This document shows positions 26,360 to 38,369 of a stretch of DNA of 64,000 bases, in pieces. The first letter of the stretch is position 1. Every line of letters begins with the position of its first letter. The position numbers and the translations under genes were made by a program. The notes below the pieces were generated by a model. It saw only the letters and a list, made by a program, of their open reading frames with translations. It was not told where the DNA came from and did not search any database. Source of the stretch: Lytechinus pictus (Eukaryota); contig NC_087245.1 in NCBI RefSeq assembly GCF_037042905.1, forward strand, positions 27,034,001 to 27,098,000, written 5' to 3'.

Positions 26360-26810
26360 GTTCATATATCAATGCTGCATGCATTTTTGAAAGATCTACA
26401 TTGACTCGAACTCTCTAGAGAAAGGTCTGAACAGTGAAAATATCCAGCAGGATATGCAGACACTTTTAGTGACCCCGTTCACCAGCGACAAGGCCCTGTT
26501 CCGACAGATCAAAGCAGCTGAAGAGCAGGAGACTGAAAGGAAATTAAATTCAAGAGGACACACAAGGCCAGCCAGGTCGATGTGCAGGATGATGAACTTG
26601 CAAAGCAGTTGCAGCCGATCCAGGCTAATCTTGCTGCTCTGAAGGGAGCTTCAGCCAATGTGAGAACACAGCAACAACCCAAGGAACCGGCAAAGGTCTG
26701 CCACGCCAAAGCAGAAACCCAAGGATTTGGGCTGCAGAGTCTGCCGTGAGAAAGGGGTACAGACAAGCTGTCGCCACTACTTCTTCTGCGGAGGGGAAGA
26801 TCACCAGCTA
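26360..26810 (+). pseudogene. Gypsy LTR-retrotransposon gag fragment
   Basis: LEKGLNSENIQQDMQTLL..SDKALFRQI..ETERK, then degenerate zinc knuckle GCRVCREKG..CRHYFFCGGEDH. Confidence 0.55.
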
Positions 26811-26920
26811 GTTGGAACAGTACGGGAAGATTCTACAGCATCCCAAACGTGCAATCGATGCACAGGAACGGTTGTTGCATCAACCCATGTAATTACAGAT
26901 TTTGAGATTGCCATTCAATA
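26810..26920 (+). pseudogene. Very short MULE-transposase-like fragment
   Basis: HVITDFEIAI resembles the MULE (I/M)TDFExA motif; only ~35 codons. Confidence 0.35.
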
Positions 26921-27590
26921 ATTTTTCCTTTTGGAGGAAGTTTGGAAATGCCCCTGCATATGTTCTCAATATTCAATCCATTCTCATACTTCTGTTCAAA
27001 GCATAATACCAGGCACTGGAAAGAAATTGCAGAGGCCAAAGGTGTCACAGCATTTTGAGTGGGGAGGAACGGAAGTGCTGGCTGGTCAAGGGCAAGGTAG
27101 CATGTACATCATGATGTCGCCCCAGTACGGGGTAACATATGAAGATTTCTTCGCTGAAGGTAGGTATTTGGTAGAAGGATGGAATTTAAGAGAATGAACC
27201 GCTAGTGATGAGTCTTTAGTTATAAGACATTTTGATGTTTATCTGAGCAATAATTTTTCCTTTTGGAGGAAGTTTGGGAAAGCCCCTGCATATGTTCTCA
27301 ATATTTAATCCATTCTCATATTTCTGTTCAAAGCATAATACCAGGCACTGGAAAGAAATTGCAGAGGCCAAAGGTGTCACAGCATTTTGAGTGGAGAGGA
27401 ACAGAAGTGCTGGCTGGTCAAGGCCAAGGTGGGATGTATATCATGATGTCGCCCCAGTACGGGGTAACATATGAAGATTTCTTCGCTGAAGTAAGGTAGG
27501 TGTTTAGTAGAAGGATGGAGTTTAAGAGTATAATAAAGTGATAATGAACCGCTAGTGATGATTCTTCAGTTGTAAGACATTTTGATGTTT
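26917..27590 (+). repeat. ~332-bp tandem duplication containing an exon-like fragment
   Basis: CAATAATTTTTCCTTTTGGAGGAAG starts copies at ~26917 and ~27248. Encodes RPKVSQHFEWGGTEVLAGQGQGSMYIM, similar to N-terminal regions of G2E3-like HECT proteins. Confidence 0.8.
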
Positions 27591-30500
27591 ATTTGATGGA
27601 GATTTGCTCTATGTAAATATTTGAGGTGATAAAGAAAGCAAAAAGTACATGTAAATAATGGATTCATATGTGTCGTGGTAAATACAATTAATTTGGCAAA
27701 TTCATTCTTTCTTTTTTTTCTAGACACTTGACATTGCAATATTTAAAAATCTTTTTCTTAAATACCTGAGGGATTTGGTAAAGGTGAGAGAGGTGACGAG
27801 TCTACAAAAAATAGCTATCTAAACGAGTTGATCAAGGAAATCATGTCGACCAATGAGATGGCCAAGACAACAGAAGTGTGTGATTGAGCACTTTTAGAAA
27901 AGGTTGTCTTCTATGTCGACTGATACGAAATTACGTCATTTGACAGCATTGCGCATGCGTCCGGTTCTCTCACTCGTTCACTACGAATTTCGAGAACGTG
28001 TTAACTGCGATTTTGCCGTTCTCTGAAATCTTCGACATCGTCCACATGTTTTCCAGCTTCAAAGCCTTGACTCGACCTCACCTTCGGATTGTAAAAGTCA
28101 GTTTTCAGTATATTTTCATGAAATTAACGTAAGTCGAACGATACATATTCTCTATCACGATTTAAATTGTTGCATTAATTGTGTAATTCACATCGGTCAA
28201 TGGGAAAAATGGAATTAGTATCAAATAGAATGTCTTCTGCATGCTCTCTTCAGCGTAGCGGGCGGTGATGTGATGGTACGCCGCTTCCCTCGGGTAGGGC
28301 AGCTGAGTACGGCCCGCTCGCTATAACGTGCATGCATTCTTGTGTTTTTTTTCCGTTGATTTTATATTAAGTTAAATCATAATCAGCTTTGACTCTGCCA
28401 GAACTTATTTTGCTCATGAATGTCTAATTTCAGTAAAAGAAAATCCTAAGTCAGTGCTGCCGCCAAACAAAACCTCAAATTCCGAACAAACTTCATCAAG
28501 TTCATGATTCATCATCATGTTTTTGAAAGCTAAGTCTGAAAGTGTGCCAGTGGCACAGCTCAGTGCATGTGAGTAAGTTAGAGAGAGGGGGCTGGCCATG
28601 CAAAGTCACAATAGATGGTAATTTTACATTTTTGTACAGTTTTGGAAAAAATTTGGGGGGTGGGGGATGATGCCCACCCACGTCCCAGCCTCCCTATTTC
28701 TGCACTCTGCAGCACCTGAAATCGCAGATTTATATTATAGGCACCGGCACATTTTTTTCCAGCGCCCCCACTCCCAGACCGATATAAATTAAGTAGTTCT
28801 AAGTTAGAGCAGTTATTTTTTGGCAGGCATTGCCTGTAAAGGTGCCGCGCAGGTAATAATATATCTTTCTAATATCCTATTTTCAAATAAAAATAGGCAG
28901 TTAAGAAAAATTTTTGCTGTAGGGGGGCACTCCCGAGGCAAGTTCACCTGTTGAAAAGAACGGCATATAAACCGAGATTTATAAAACAAATGTTGATTTC
29001 AAAGGCACCAAATGCAAACTTTTTTTTCATGTTCTGGATCTGGATGTATGCGATGCAGGGTCCTTGGCATAAACGCATCTGGTACTTGACCTGAATTTTG
29101 CCGAGACCAGCAAGTGCAATACAACGGGTGAACACCCTACTCTTAGACGAATAGTGTATTGATTTTAACGTGTCTAGGGCTATAGGCTGTACCTCTCCTA
29201 CATACGGACCAACATTTGCGTCCTTTCCGATGGACGGAGTGTTTTCCAACTGCATTCACACCTGCACTGAATACAGTGGTGAGGCACGCTAACACACAAC
29301 GCTATAGCATCAGACTTTTTTATTAGACGTGTTTTGGCATGAGCTGAACTCGAACTCCTCATGAACTCCTTTTTTTTTTCAAGTTGAGAATTCTCTGAAA
29401 GTATTTCATTTGACAACTTGTAACTTAGTGTGATAGAAGTCACAATACTCTAGTATATCTATAAAGGCAAGTTTCATGTCATAAGCCAAATCCCTCTAAT
29501 TACAGACTCTAATTGAACAAATTAGTTACATGTTACGTATGGGACAGTTACGTATGGGACATTTTGTCCCCATAGAGAACATACACAATTTTCCCCATAA
29601 TTCAAAAAATTGAAATAATTTAAAATATGGAAATAACAAAAGAGTTTCTTTCTTTTAAATGTTCTATCGGGACATATTTGATATTAGCCATTTCAACAGT
29701 TTTTTCTTGTTTTTCATGGTTTCATGAATTTCTTATGTATTTCTATTGTTTTTTATTTTTTTCATATTTTTCCAATTTCACAATTTTTTCGCTGCGATTG
29801 TTTTCATTCATCAGTATTCATAACAAATCAGTCTTTAAAAACTAAAGAAAAGGTAAATAAAAACTTTTTAGAGCACTCTTGAAATTAGTTTTTCTCCATT
29901 TACTTTGTACACTAATCTCCCCATTGACTTGTGTGTAAATGTCCCATACGTAACAATTTTTTAATCAACTTTTAATTAAAAAGTAAACTCTATTTTTGAA
30001 ACTTTGTGGTATAATATTTTTTTATACTCAATGAATTAGAACTTCCCAGAGATGCAACAATACAAGTATTGTATTATTAGAAATAACTTTAAAAAAACAT
30101 CCTCAAAATGTTAGGTATGGGACATTCCATCCTTGGACAAGACCTAATTTGCATAATTAGATGACACCACTTTTTCCCCCCAAAAGTAATAAGATGTTAG
30201 GGGGTCCATGTCCCACCTATGACTAAATCTCAGAAGTGTTGTTTTCATTTTCTATGAGTTTTTATAGATATCCCATACGCAACGCCCATTTTACCAATTA
30301 TGCAAATTAGGAGCCCAAAATTAGCATTAATATGCATATTATCAAAATTTTCTTAATGAAATTTAAAAATTCATTATTTGGGCTTTCTTACCCTACCAAA
30401 GATAACTTCTGAACTTAAAGATGAAATTTTGCCTTCTGGGATGACCTTTTCTTGGACTTGCCCAACAGAGAAAATATTGGTATAAAAAAAAAGAGCTGAA

Positions 30501-31554
30501 ACGCACCTTCTTGATTATTCGTAGTTGATGCATATCATGGATGTAAATACATGATACATGTACCATACTATTCAAGTGCAGGGGGCCCAAAAGTTCACCA
30601 TCCGCCCCCCCCCCCCCCATCCCCGAACAATTGGTTTGTATGCACATACATGCAGATTGCAGGGCCCGTGAACAAGCAACAATTCCTGGCATAAAAGTGG
30701 TAAAATATCACAATTATCCAAGTGTTTGTAGGTATTAGTAAAATACATGTAGACCCTATTGTAGTTTAATTATTGATCATTAGTTGATTGCATTATTCGA
30801 TAGTGGCACAAATTTTGACTGCTAGAATGGTAGCCAACCCAGACAAAACTAGCTACATTTTAATTAATAGATTAATTTCTCCCCCTTTTCAGAACAAAGA
30901 ATGACAGAAGAAAGAGCAGGCAGTCAGGATCTTTGGCCAGAGATGGATCCCTCAATTGCTCGATTCTTACAGGAGTCACAGCCTTCAACTTCAAGTTCTC
31001 GGGTTCAGAGTCCGCAGACATCTGTCAATCAAACCTTAATGCCAAACCCAGTCATAACCATCAGGCCGTGAGTAGCAATGTATACTTTCAAAGTCTGGAT
31101 GTTTTCCAGTTTGTAACTATTTGATTTCTATCATTTATGTTGATTATTTTTAAAATCTTGTTGTGCATTAATTTTGAATTGAGGAATATAGGTCTGTCAG
31201 ATTGACAACCATCATGAATAAGCTCACTTGATATACTATTTGGTCTATAACCATTTGATGCAAACTTTACTTGGTCTAATGTTCAATTAGTCTAATTGGA
31301 TGTTGCAAGAAACTAACGCTCGATTGCAAGTCTATAACGCTTCTCATAATTAAGCCTGATTGTTCGTTGCAAGAAATATTAATGCCCATTGAATGCAAAT
31401 CAAATCGACCATAAATTTCTGTTTAATCAAAGGACCTGTACTGGATTTAGGGACTTCATACCTGATATAGAAACTGTATTGTCTAGTGTTAATCTTGAAT
31501 AATATAAAAACCAACCTGATTTTATTATTATTTTACGTGAACAGAATTACCACG

Positions 31555-31947
31555 TGTACTGATACGATGAATACAGTTCTTTGCCGGGAGGTAGAATACG
31601 TTAATCCATTCAAGTTCAAAGAAAGAACTAAAGAAAGAGGGAAGGCATGGGAGGAGATCTCCAGCAATTTAAGAAAACATGGTTATGAGGTAACCAAAAG
31701 GGCGGTCAGAGACCACTACAAAGTTCTTCGGGATTCAGTAGTGAGGAGGAACAGTGAAGAATTGAGACAAAGTGGCGTAGCTCCTACTCTGACTGATGGT
31801 GAACAGGAAGTGACACAAATAATTGAAGATCTCGTCGAGGTAGAAAAGGAAACCAAAGAACAACAGACTGAGGAAGGGAAAAAAGAACTGGACGGTGTGG
31901 AAATGAGAAAAAGGGCTTTAGAGACCTTTAAAGAAACAAGTAAAAGG
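31555..31947 (+). pseudogene. Myb-like Harbinger accessory ORF exon (different subfamily)
   Basis: VLCREVEYVNPFKFKERTKERGKAWEEISSNL..TKRAVRDHY..ELRQSG..EMRKRALETFKETSKR|gtaaac. Confidence 0.7.
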
Positions 31948-32165
31948 TAAACTGATCATTCTGAAGGCTGTTTCATGAAAGATATGAAGCTCAGAGAAGT
32001 TGTCAGATTATGACATTTGATAGTGCCTGGTGATGCTAATCCCATCAGAACTGCTGAACTCTTGGAGCTGACATCTCTAATTATAAGAAACCCCAATTAT
32101 TTTTTAATTTTTCATAATTGCAATTGCAAAAACACTAATCATTGCACTTTAATTGCCACCGTTAA

Positions 32166-32681
32166 AGGTCAAGTCCACCACCGAAAATATGTTCATTTGA
32201 ATAAACAGAGAAAAATCAAACTAGCAACTACAATCAAATTTCATCAAAATCGGATGTAAAATAAGTAAATGAAATGTTTAAGTTTCGCTTATTTTTCATA
32301 AGACGGTGGTATGCACAACTCAGTGACATGCAAAGAAGACAGTCGACGATGTCCCTCACTCACTATTTCTTTTGTTTTTTATTGTTTGAATTATACATAG
32401 TATTAAGTAATGCTAATTCCGCATGTTCCGCTTGATAAAGAGGAGAAAATAAGAATATTTCATATTTCATATAATAAAATGCAAAAGAAATAGTGAGTAG
32501 ATGACATCATCAGTCTCTGCATTTGCATACCGACCAGGATGTGCATATAACTTTTCTGTGAAATTAAGCAAAACTTTAAAAGTCTTATTTTACATCCGAT
32601 TTAGATGAAATTTTCAGTGTTCTGCTTGTTAGATTTTTTCTTTTTATTCAAATTAACGTTTTGTTGGGGTGGACTTGTCCT
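32166..32681. mobile_element. Kolobok-like MITE
   Basis: TTAA|AGGTCAAGTCCACC ... GGTGGACTTGTCCT|TCAA; related copy at 61399-61870. Confidence 0.8.
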
Positions 32682-33269
32682 TCAATTGGCTACAAAAAGA
32701 TTATCTTGATATTTTCACCCCATTCATGCATAAGTTTTTGAAGTGTCATAATGTAGAAAGTATATGGACCTAGTGAATGAAACTTGGACATATTATAATG
32801 GTGTATCATTTAAGATCCAGCCTTAGTTTCAGGTCATATGACAAAGGTCAAGTCTTTGGCCATGTTAGGGATAAATGGTGTATCATTTAAGATCCAGCCT
32901 TAGTTTCAGGTCATATGACTAAGGTCAAAATTTTTGGCCATGTTAGGGATATTTGTTGAACTGTCATATCTTTTGAAAGTTTATGGCTCTTTTGATTGAT
33001 ATGGCGCTTCATTTGTACCTGAGGAATCTCCTGTTATATATGACCAGGAAACCAAGGTAGTTAGTTATCCTCACATTTCATGTTAATACGCAATTCACAC
33101 TATTCAAGTGAACACAATAGCTCCTCATGCGCCGATATCTAGAGAAATCTTAGGCTCTGAGGAATCAAGATGTGGTGGTATTTTCCAACTGTTTCGAAGC
33201 CAAAAGCTAATGAGGATAAAAGGAGAAAGCAAAAAAGTGAAGCAGCAAAAGCATATGATGACACAAAAT

Positions 33270-33649
33270 GACAAATGTACCCATCAGAACGAAGTCCAGT
33301 CAGCATATTGGACCACAAATTCTGCGACCCTGCTTCCCATGGTGTCATACTACCATTGTAAGTTGTGCTCAAGCCTTGTGACAGACAGCATGATATTCAT
33401 AAGTGATGATTTATGTCACGACTTCAAGCAGTGGCATGCAAACATCTTGTTGTAACGAGAGAACTACATCTCCGGCAGATATACCGTTTTTCTGATGGTT
33501 GTGGACAACAGTATAAATCACGTGGTCCTATTTCCGACATTAGCTACGCAGTCGCTGGTCATGGGGTACCCTTACACCACAACTACATGGGGTCACGCCA
33601 TGGAAAAGGGGCTGCAGATGGGGAAGGTGGAATAGTCAAACAAGACTAG
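33270..33649 (+). pseudogene. Sola2-type DDD transposase core fragment
   Basis: QNEVQSAYW..FISDDLCHD..FSDGCGQQYKS..GSRHGKGAADGEGGIVK. Confidence 0.75.
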
Positions 33650-34934
33650 TGACAAAGATTGCGGTCTTGTATCCTGTCGAATGTTATGAGGGTTAAACTT
33701 AATTTCAATGTTGATATGTAAGTGAGTGCCGATTGGGGTGGTTGATGTTTTGTTTAACATGTATTTTTTCATATGTTTTTCTACCATTCAATTCAGAAGG
33801 TAGAATTTGAAGATACTATGTACCATAGAAATTCATGTTGACCGTATAATTTGGTTAAGATTAGGCAGTAATCTACATGTGCAGCAGACATGTTTTTTGC
33901 TGTTTTCGCTACAATTTTTTCTGATTTTCTGTGTCATGGTATTTTCCGCCAAGAAAGTAAGTATGAGACCAAACTATAGGAATTTTAAGGGGTTCGAATT
34001 TCTATAAACTACCAAAATGTTGAACTTCCTACGAAACTGAACTAAATCTGAGAGGTGGCCCGTACCATATGTCAGTAGAAGCTACATGTTTGGTATCCAA
34101 GCAGTTTGCATGCCCCTCATCCAAGGCCAAACTGTTATAGACTCATCTCTAGATAATTTCTCATTAGGGACATTCTTTTTGTTTAATACAACTTATTGAT
34201 GAATTGTCCTCAGATGGAACTTTAATTTCTTGTTTGTTTCATATTTCAGAACACATGCAGACTTTAGTAGATGTCGATATTGCTGATAATGATAAAGTAT
34301 ATGTAACTGCAAATTTTCAAAAATTATTGGAGGAATATATACCAGACACATTGCACTTTTAACTAACAGCTCTGTTATTTGTGGAAATGAAGATCATTCC
34401 ATAATTAATGGTCGCATAGGTCATTTATGAATAAATTGAAATAGCTTTGTTTTTTTTTTACATGATTTCGATCTATTATAGATTTGGAGGGTCAGGTCAT
34501 ACATGTAGGTATATAAAAAGGTCCTTATGTACATGTACTTGAAAATATATCTTTTTTCACTACAACTTTGAGGAATCAACTTTGTACTTTGCTCTGGTAC
34601 ACAATAAATGACAATGATATTATACGATCTATGGTCCAATAGGCACAGAGGTCATTATTTTAAAAGTATTTAACTTAATTTCTCTATAGAGTATTTGACT
34701 GCATAGTGTGTAGTCAAGGCTCAAGCAAGTTCTTGCGTAACCCAAGTAGTCATGCTCCAGAATGTTTGGTATTATTGGTTATCAAGTTTCATCTGTTTAA
34801 AAGCGAGCAATTACTATTATAATCAGGATCACATTTCGTTGTTTTATTTTTCTCATTGCAAGGTCTGCATTTTCCCTATTTCTCAGTATATTTGAGAATA
34901 CTGACGCAGGTTAACTCTTTTTACTTTTAATCAG

Positions 34935-35135
34935 AAATGAAAACCTGCTACAAGCAGATTTGGATGCTTGGAAGGAGCAACAGGTAACGGGTGACGGGGC
35001 ACCTAATCACCTTTACATAAGAAGGAAACACCTGATGGCTGACACTCTTGGGAGGTTCCGAGGTATGAGAGCATTCCATATTAGACTACTTGCCTCATGT
35101 TTATATGAAGCTTCGGAGATGAGCTGGGCCAAGTA
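34935..35135 (+). pseudogene. HECT-domain N-terminal fragment (G2E3-like)
   Basis: LYIRRKHLMADTLGRF followed after frameshifts by FGDELGQ resembles the start of the HECT N-lobe. Confidence 0.4.
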
Positions 35136-35455
35136 GCCCTTGGATTAAAGGCAGAACAGTCACACGCAGTATTCAGATTTCAGGCATAGAGGGTCATGGG
35201 TTTTACTACTGTGAAAGCAATAGTTTGCGAGAAGTTTGGCTTCAGAAAGTCAGCTTCTCAGAATACCCAGTATCTCATGGGCATGATAGCACTAAGTTCA
35301 ACTTCAAGCGAAAAAGGGGTGCTGCCTTGTTATGATAGCTACCCTGCCAGCTGTAATGAAGCGGCCCTAGAAAAGCTGACCAAGACGAACATGCATCAAC
35401 ATACAATAATGAAGGTCTTAAAGTACCCTAGAAGGAGTTATCTTGAAGGAGAAGG

Positions 35456-35695
35456 ATGAGTGATGTCATGATGATTCCTGAATCACTAAGACATTACATC
35501 ATCTGGCTTCATCATGATCCTCCTTCAGCAGGGCATGCTGGGATCGATAGCACCCAGGCATGTCTGAAGACACATCTGCATAGCCAGGAATGCAACTCGT
35601 ATAACAAGAAAGCGACCCGTTCTGGGAGGCATCCTACGAAAAATTTCCATGAGAGTGCCCCCATGGAAGGTTTTTATCTTGATTTCATTATCAAT
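35456..35695 (+). pseudogene. Gypsy integrase zinc-binding (H2C2) fragment
   Basis: IPESLRHYIIWLHHDPPSAGHAGIDST..EC..APMEGFYLDFI. Confidence 0.7.
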
Positions 35696-36589
35696 CCTGG
35701 TTATGGCAGATTAAAGCAAGGGAGCTCTATTGCCTCAAATAAAGGGGCAATGCTACTCCCTCGCACCTGTCTCTGCATGCCAATGTGTGAATCTATTATA
35801 TTATATGATGTGTATTTTAATGCAATACAAGAAAGGTAAAATGGATGCCTATAATTTACAACATAATTTCACCTATAATTTATTACCCAATCAATTTTGT
35901 ATGCATCCCTTATTGTATATATATTAATGTATTAATAAAATAGAAAAGTTAAATGGTTGATAATATCCTATTATGTATATATTTATTAATTTGCCTATTT
36001 GTTTATTTTTACTTACATGTAGGTACATACATGAACATGTAGGTATGGGCAGTGAGCTTATTTAATTAATTTATATCAAGGCAAAGACAAGGTAAGAATA
36101 TTTTTTATGATTTGTAATGATGTACTAGTATGATGTATTAGATTGGTATTGATGTATTTATGTTATATTTATGTTTTATGAACAAAGAAGAAAGAGTCAG
36201 AATCAGTCAGTCAGTCCCATTTGCTCACACACAACAAGCTAAGGAGGCGTTGTACAATAATTTCTATGACCACCAGCCTCCAGAAATGGAGTTATAATAT
36301 GGTTTGAATTTAATAAATGTGAAACTTTACATTTTTAGCAGGATTTAAGAGCTCTGCAAAATTGTATATTTACAAAAATTTTACACTGTATACTGAAAGA
36401 ATAAAGATGATTTCTAATGTATATGTTCTTCTCAAATTTTAATGTATAGATGAGCAGAGCAGTATTTCAGCTGGCAGTGATGTAGGGACCATATCCGAAG
36501 ATGAGGAAGATGTGTTTACAAGATGGCGAAGGAGAGTCCAGTGACTATGATTCTGATGAAGAAAGAGATGTGCCTTTCTTGGAGAACTT

Positions 36590-37263
36590 CAATGAACCGC
36601 TTTTCAATTGGACACAAACTACAAAATCTGAGGCAGCATTGATGATACTGTCATTTATGATGAGATCATGAGATACTGTCTCTCATCCATTGCTGGTATT
36701 CAACTGTGTGAACTTATCAACACTTTATTTGGAGAAGTCACTTTCACATCAGTTGATAAGGTTTTCAAGACTGGATTCTCTATAAACAAGGTATTGAAAT
36801 TAACCTTCCATTTTTTATTGTGTGTCCTGTTATGCCTTTGTTAAATCATACAACATACTTGAAAAGGGAAAATTTCTTGTGTCCACACTGCAATCACCCA
36901 TGTACTGTAAATAATTTGTGTCAGCAAAACTGTTTCATTGCAGCAGACCTTCCCACCCAAATACGATCACTTTTTGAGAGACCAGATATTTCCCCTCATC
37001 TTGCATATAGGAGAACCCGGAATAAGTTGTTCCCTAAAAATATTGAGGATATTTATGATGATGAAATATATAAGAATTTGATGGCAGATGAAGTATTATT
37101 AGGCAATGAAAACAATTTTTCATATACGTTCAATACCAATGGATTTCCCGTGTCTGCATCTACAAGATTTTCTATGTGGCCTATACATGTAGTTTTGATG
37201 ATAAATGAGCTACCTCCTAAGTTCAGGCACAATAATGTGTTACTAGCAGGCATATGGTGTGGT
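36590..37263 (+). pseudogene. EnSpm/CACTA transposase fragment
   Basis: CPHC..DLPTQIRSLF..IEDIYDDEIYK..SYTFNTNGFPVSASTRFSMWPI..INELPPKFR..NVLLAGIWCG. Confidence 0.85.
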
Positions 37264-37862
37264 TTTTTATCCTTTATCTGCATATGCCTTAAAAATATTT
37301 ATTCAGTTATACTTTGACGACTTAATGTTTAACTAAATCACTATATTCCATGCACACTTTTTAGTTTTAATTCGTTGAAGTTCAATATGCTATACTGTAT
37401 GAAACGATAAGGTATATACAATTGAATGTGTTTCATGATCATGCACACTTTTTTTTATAAATTAATTGGAAAAAGATTGACACTTACATAGTCAAAGTTT
37501 CGGATATTACACTGTTTCTGTAAGGAAGACAAGATGGCAACTCTTCATAATTGGTTTACTAGTATTTTGCTTATTATATTATGTCTATATGTTCAGCCAT
37601 GTAGCGCAATGCCAAAAGAACCACAGCACAATTAATTTCCTCATGTTGTAAACATACAACTAAATAATTTTTTCTTACGTAAACTAGCAACCACTATGAA
37701 CGCCAAAAATGACCCTATCAAAGAAGATAATATTGACCCAATAGTTCAGGCAATTCTTTCTAAACATCAAATTGGAAGGGATCAGATTCATTTACATATC
37801 ATTCATAGATTACTTATTGGAAAACTGAAATACATGAAATGTGCGCTTAAACTTGTTCAAAA

Positions 37863-38369
37863 AGACCCACGACGACGTACTTGAGAAACTACTGACTGAC
37901 CATTCACCAGACTCACCTTTGGCGAGATTCATGTCTCATCTAAAGAGTGAGAACCGATGTATACTGAACGCCAACCAATGCCTACTAGACACAAACCGAC
38001 GACTAACAGACGAGAATGTGACCCTCCGTGCTCAGGTAGAGGCTACTCGACTAAGGACCCAACGACCGAACACGACTACCATTGACGAGAGGTGATGATC
38101 GGCATACCCGGGGCGAGTTGGGGGATGGCAAAGAGCGACTTTAACGAGGCCTACGACAAGTCCTCCACTGCAAAGGAGCTGATCCTAAAACTCATGGGGA
38201 AGGTCCTAACAAGGGAAGAGCTGGCTAGGTGCAATTTTTACAGATGCCAGGTATACAACGGCAAAGAAATGGTCACCAAGGAGAGTCTGAGCACAAAGGT
38301 TTCATTCCAGGCGATCGTAGCCCAAGCAGAGCTGGTGTATCCTGGTGGGACTTCCACTCAAGCCTTTCA
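37863..38369 (+). pseudogene. Coiled-coil + BEN-domain-like ORF fragment, copy 1 (truncated)
   Basis: AKELILKLMGKVLTREELARCN..KESLS..FQAIV; near-identical to 40910-41414. Confidence 0.6.

Noticed and set aside
28944..29255. Minus-strand 103-aa ORF that would break the strand bias
   Set aside because: No recognisable domain in any frame; should still be checked by HMMER.
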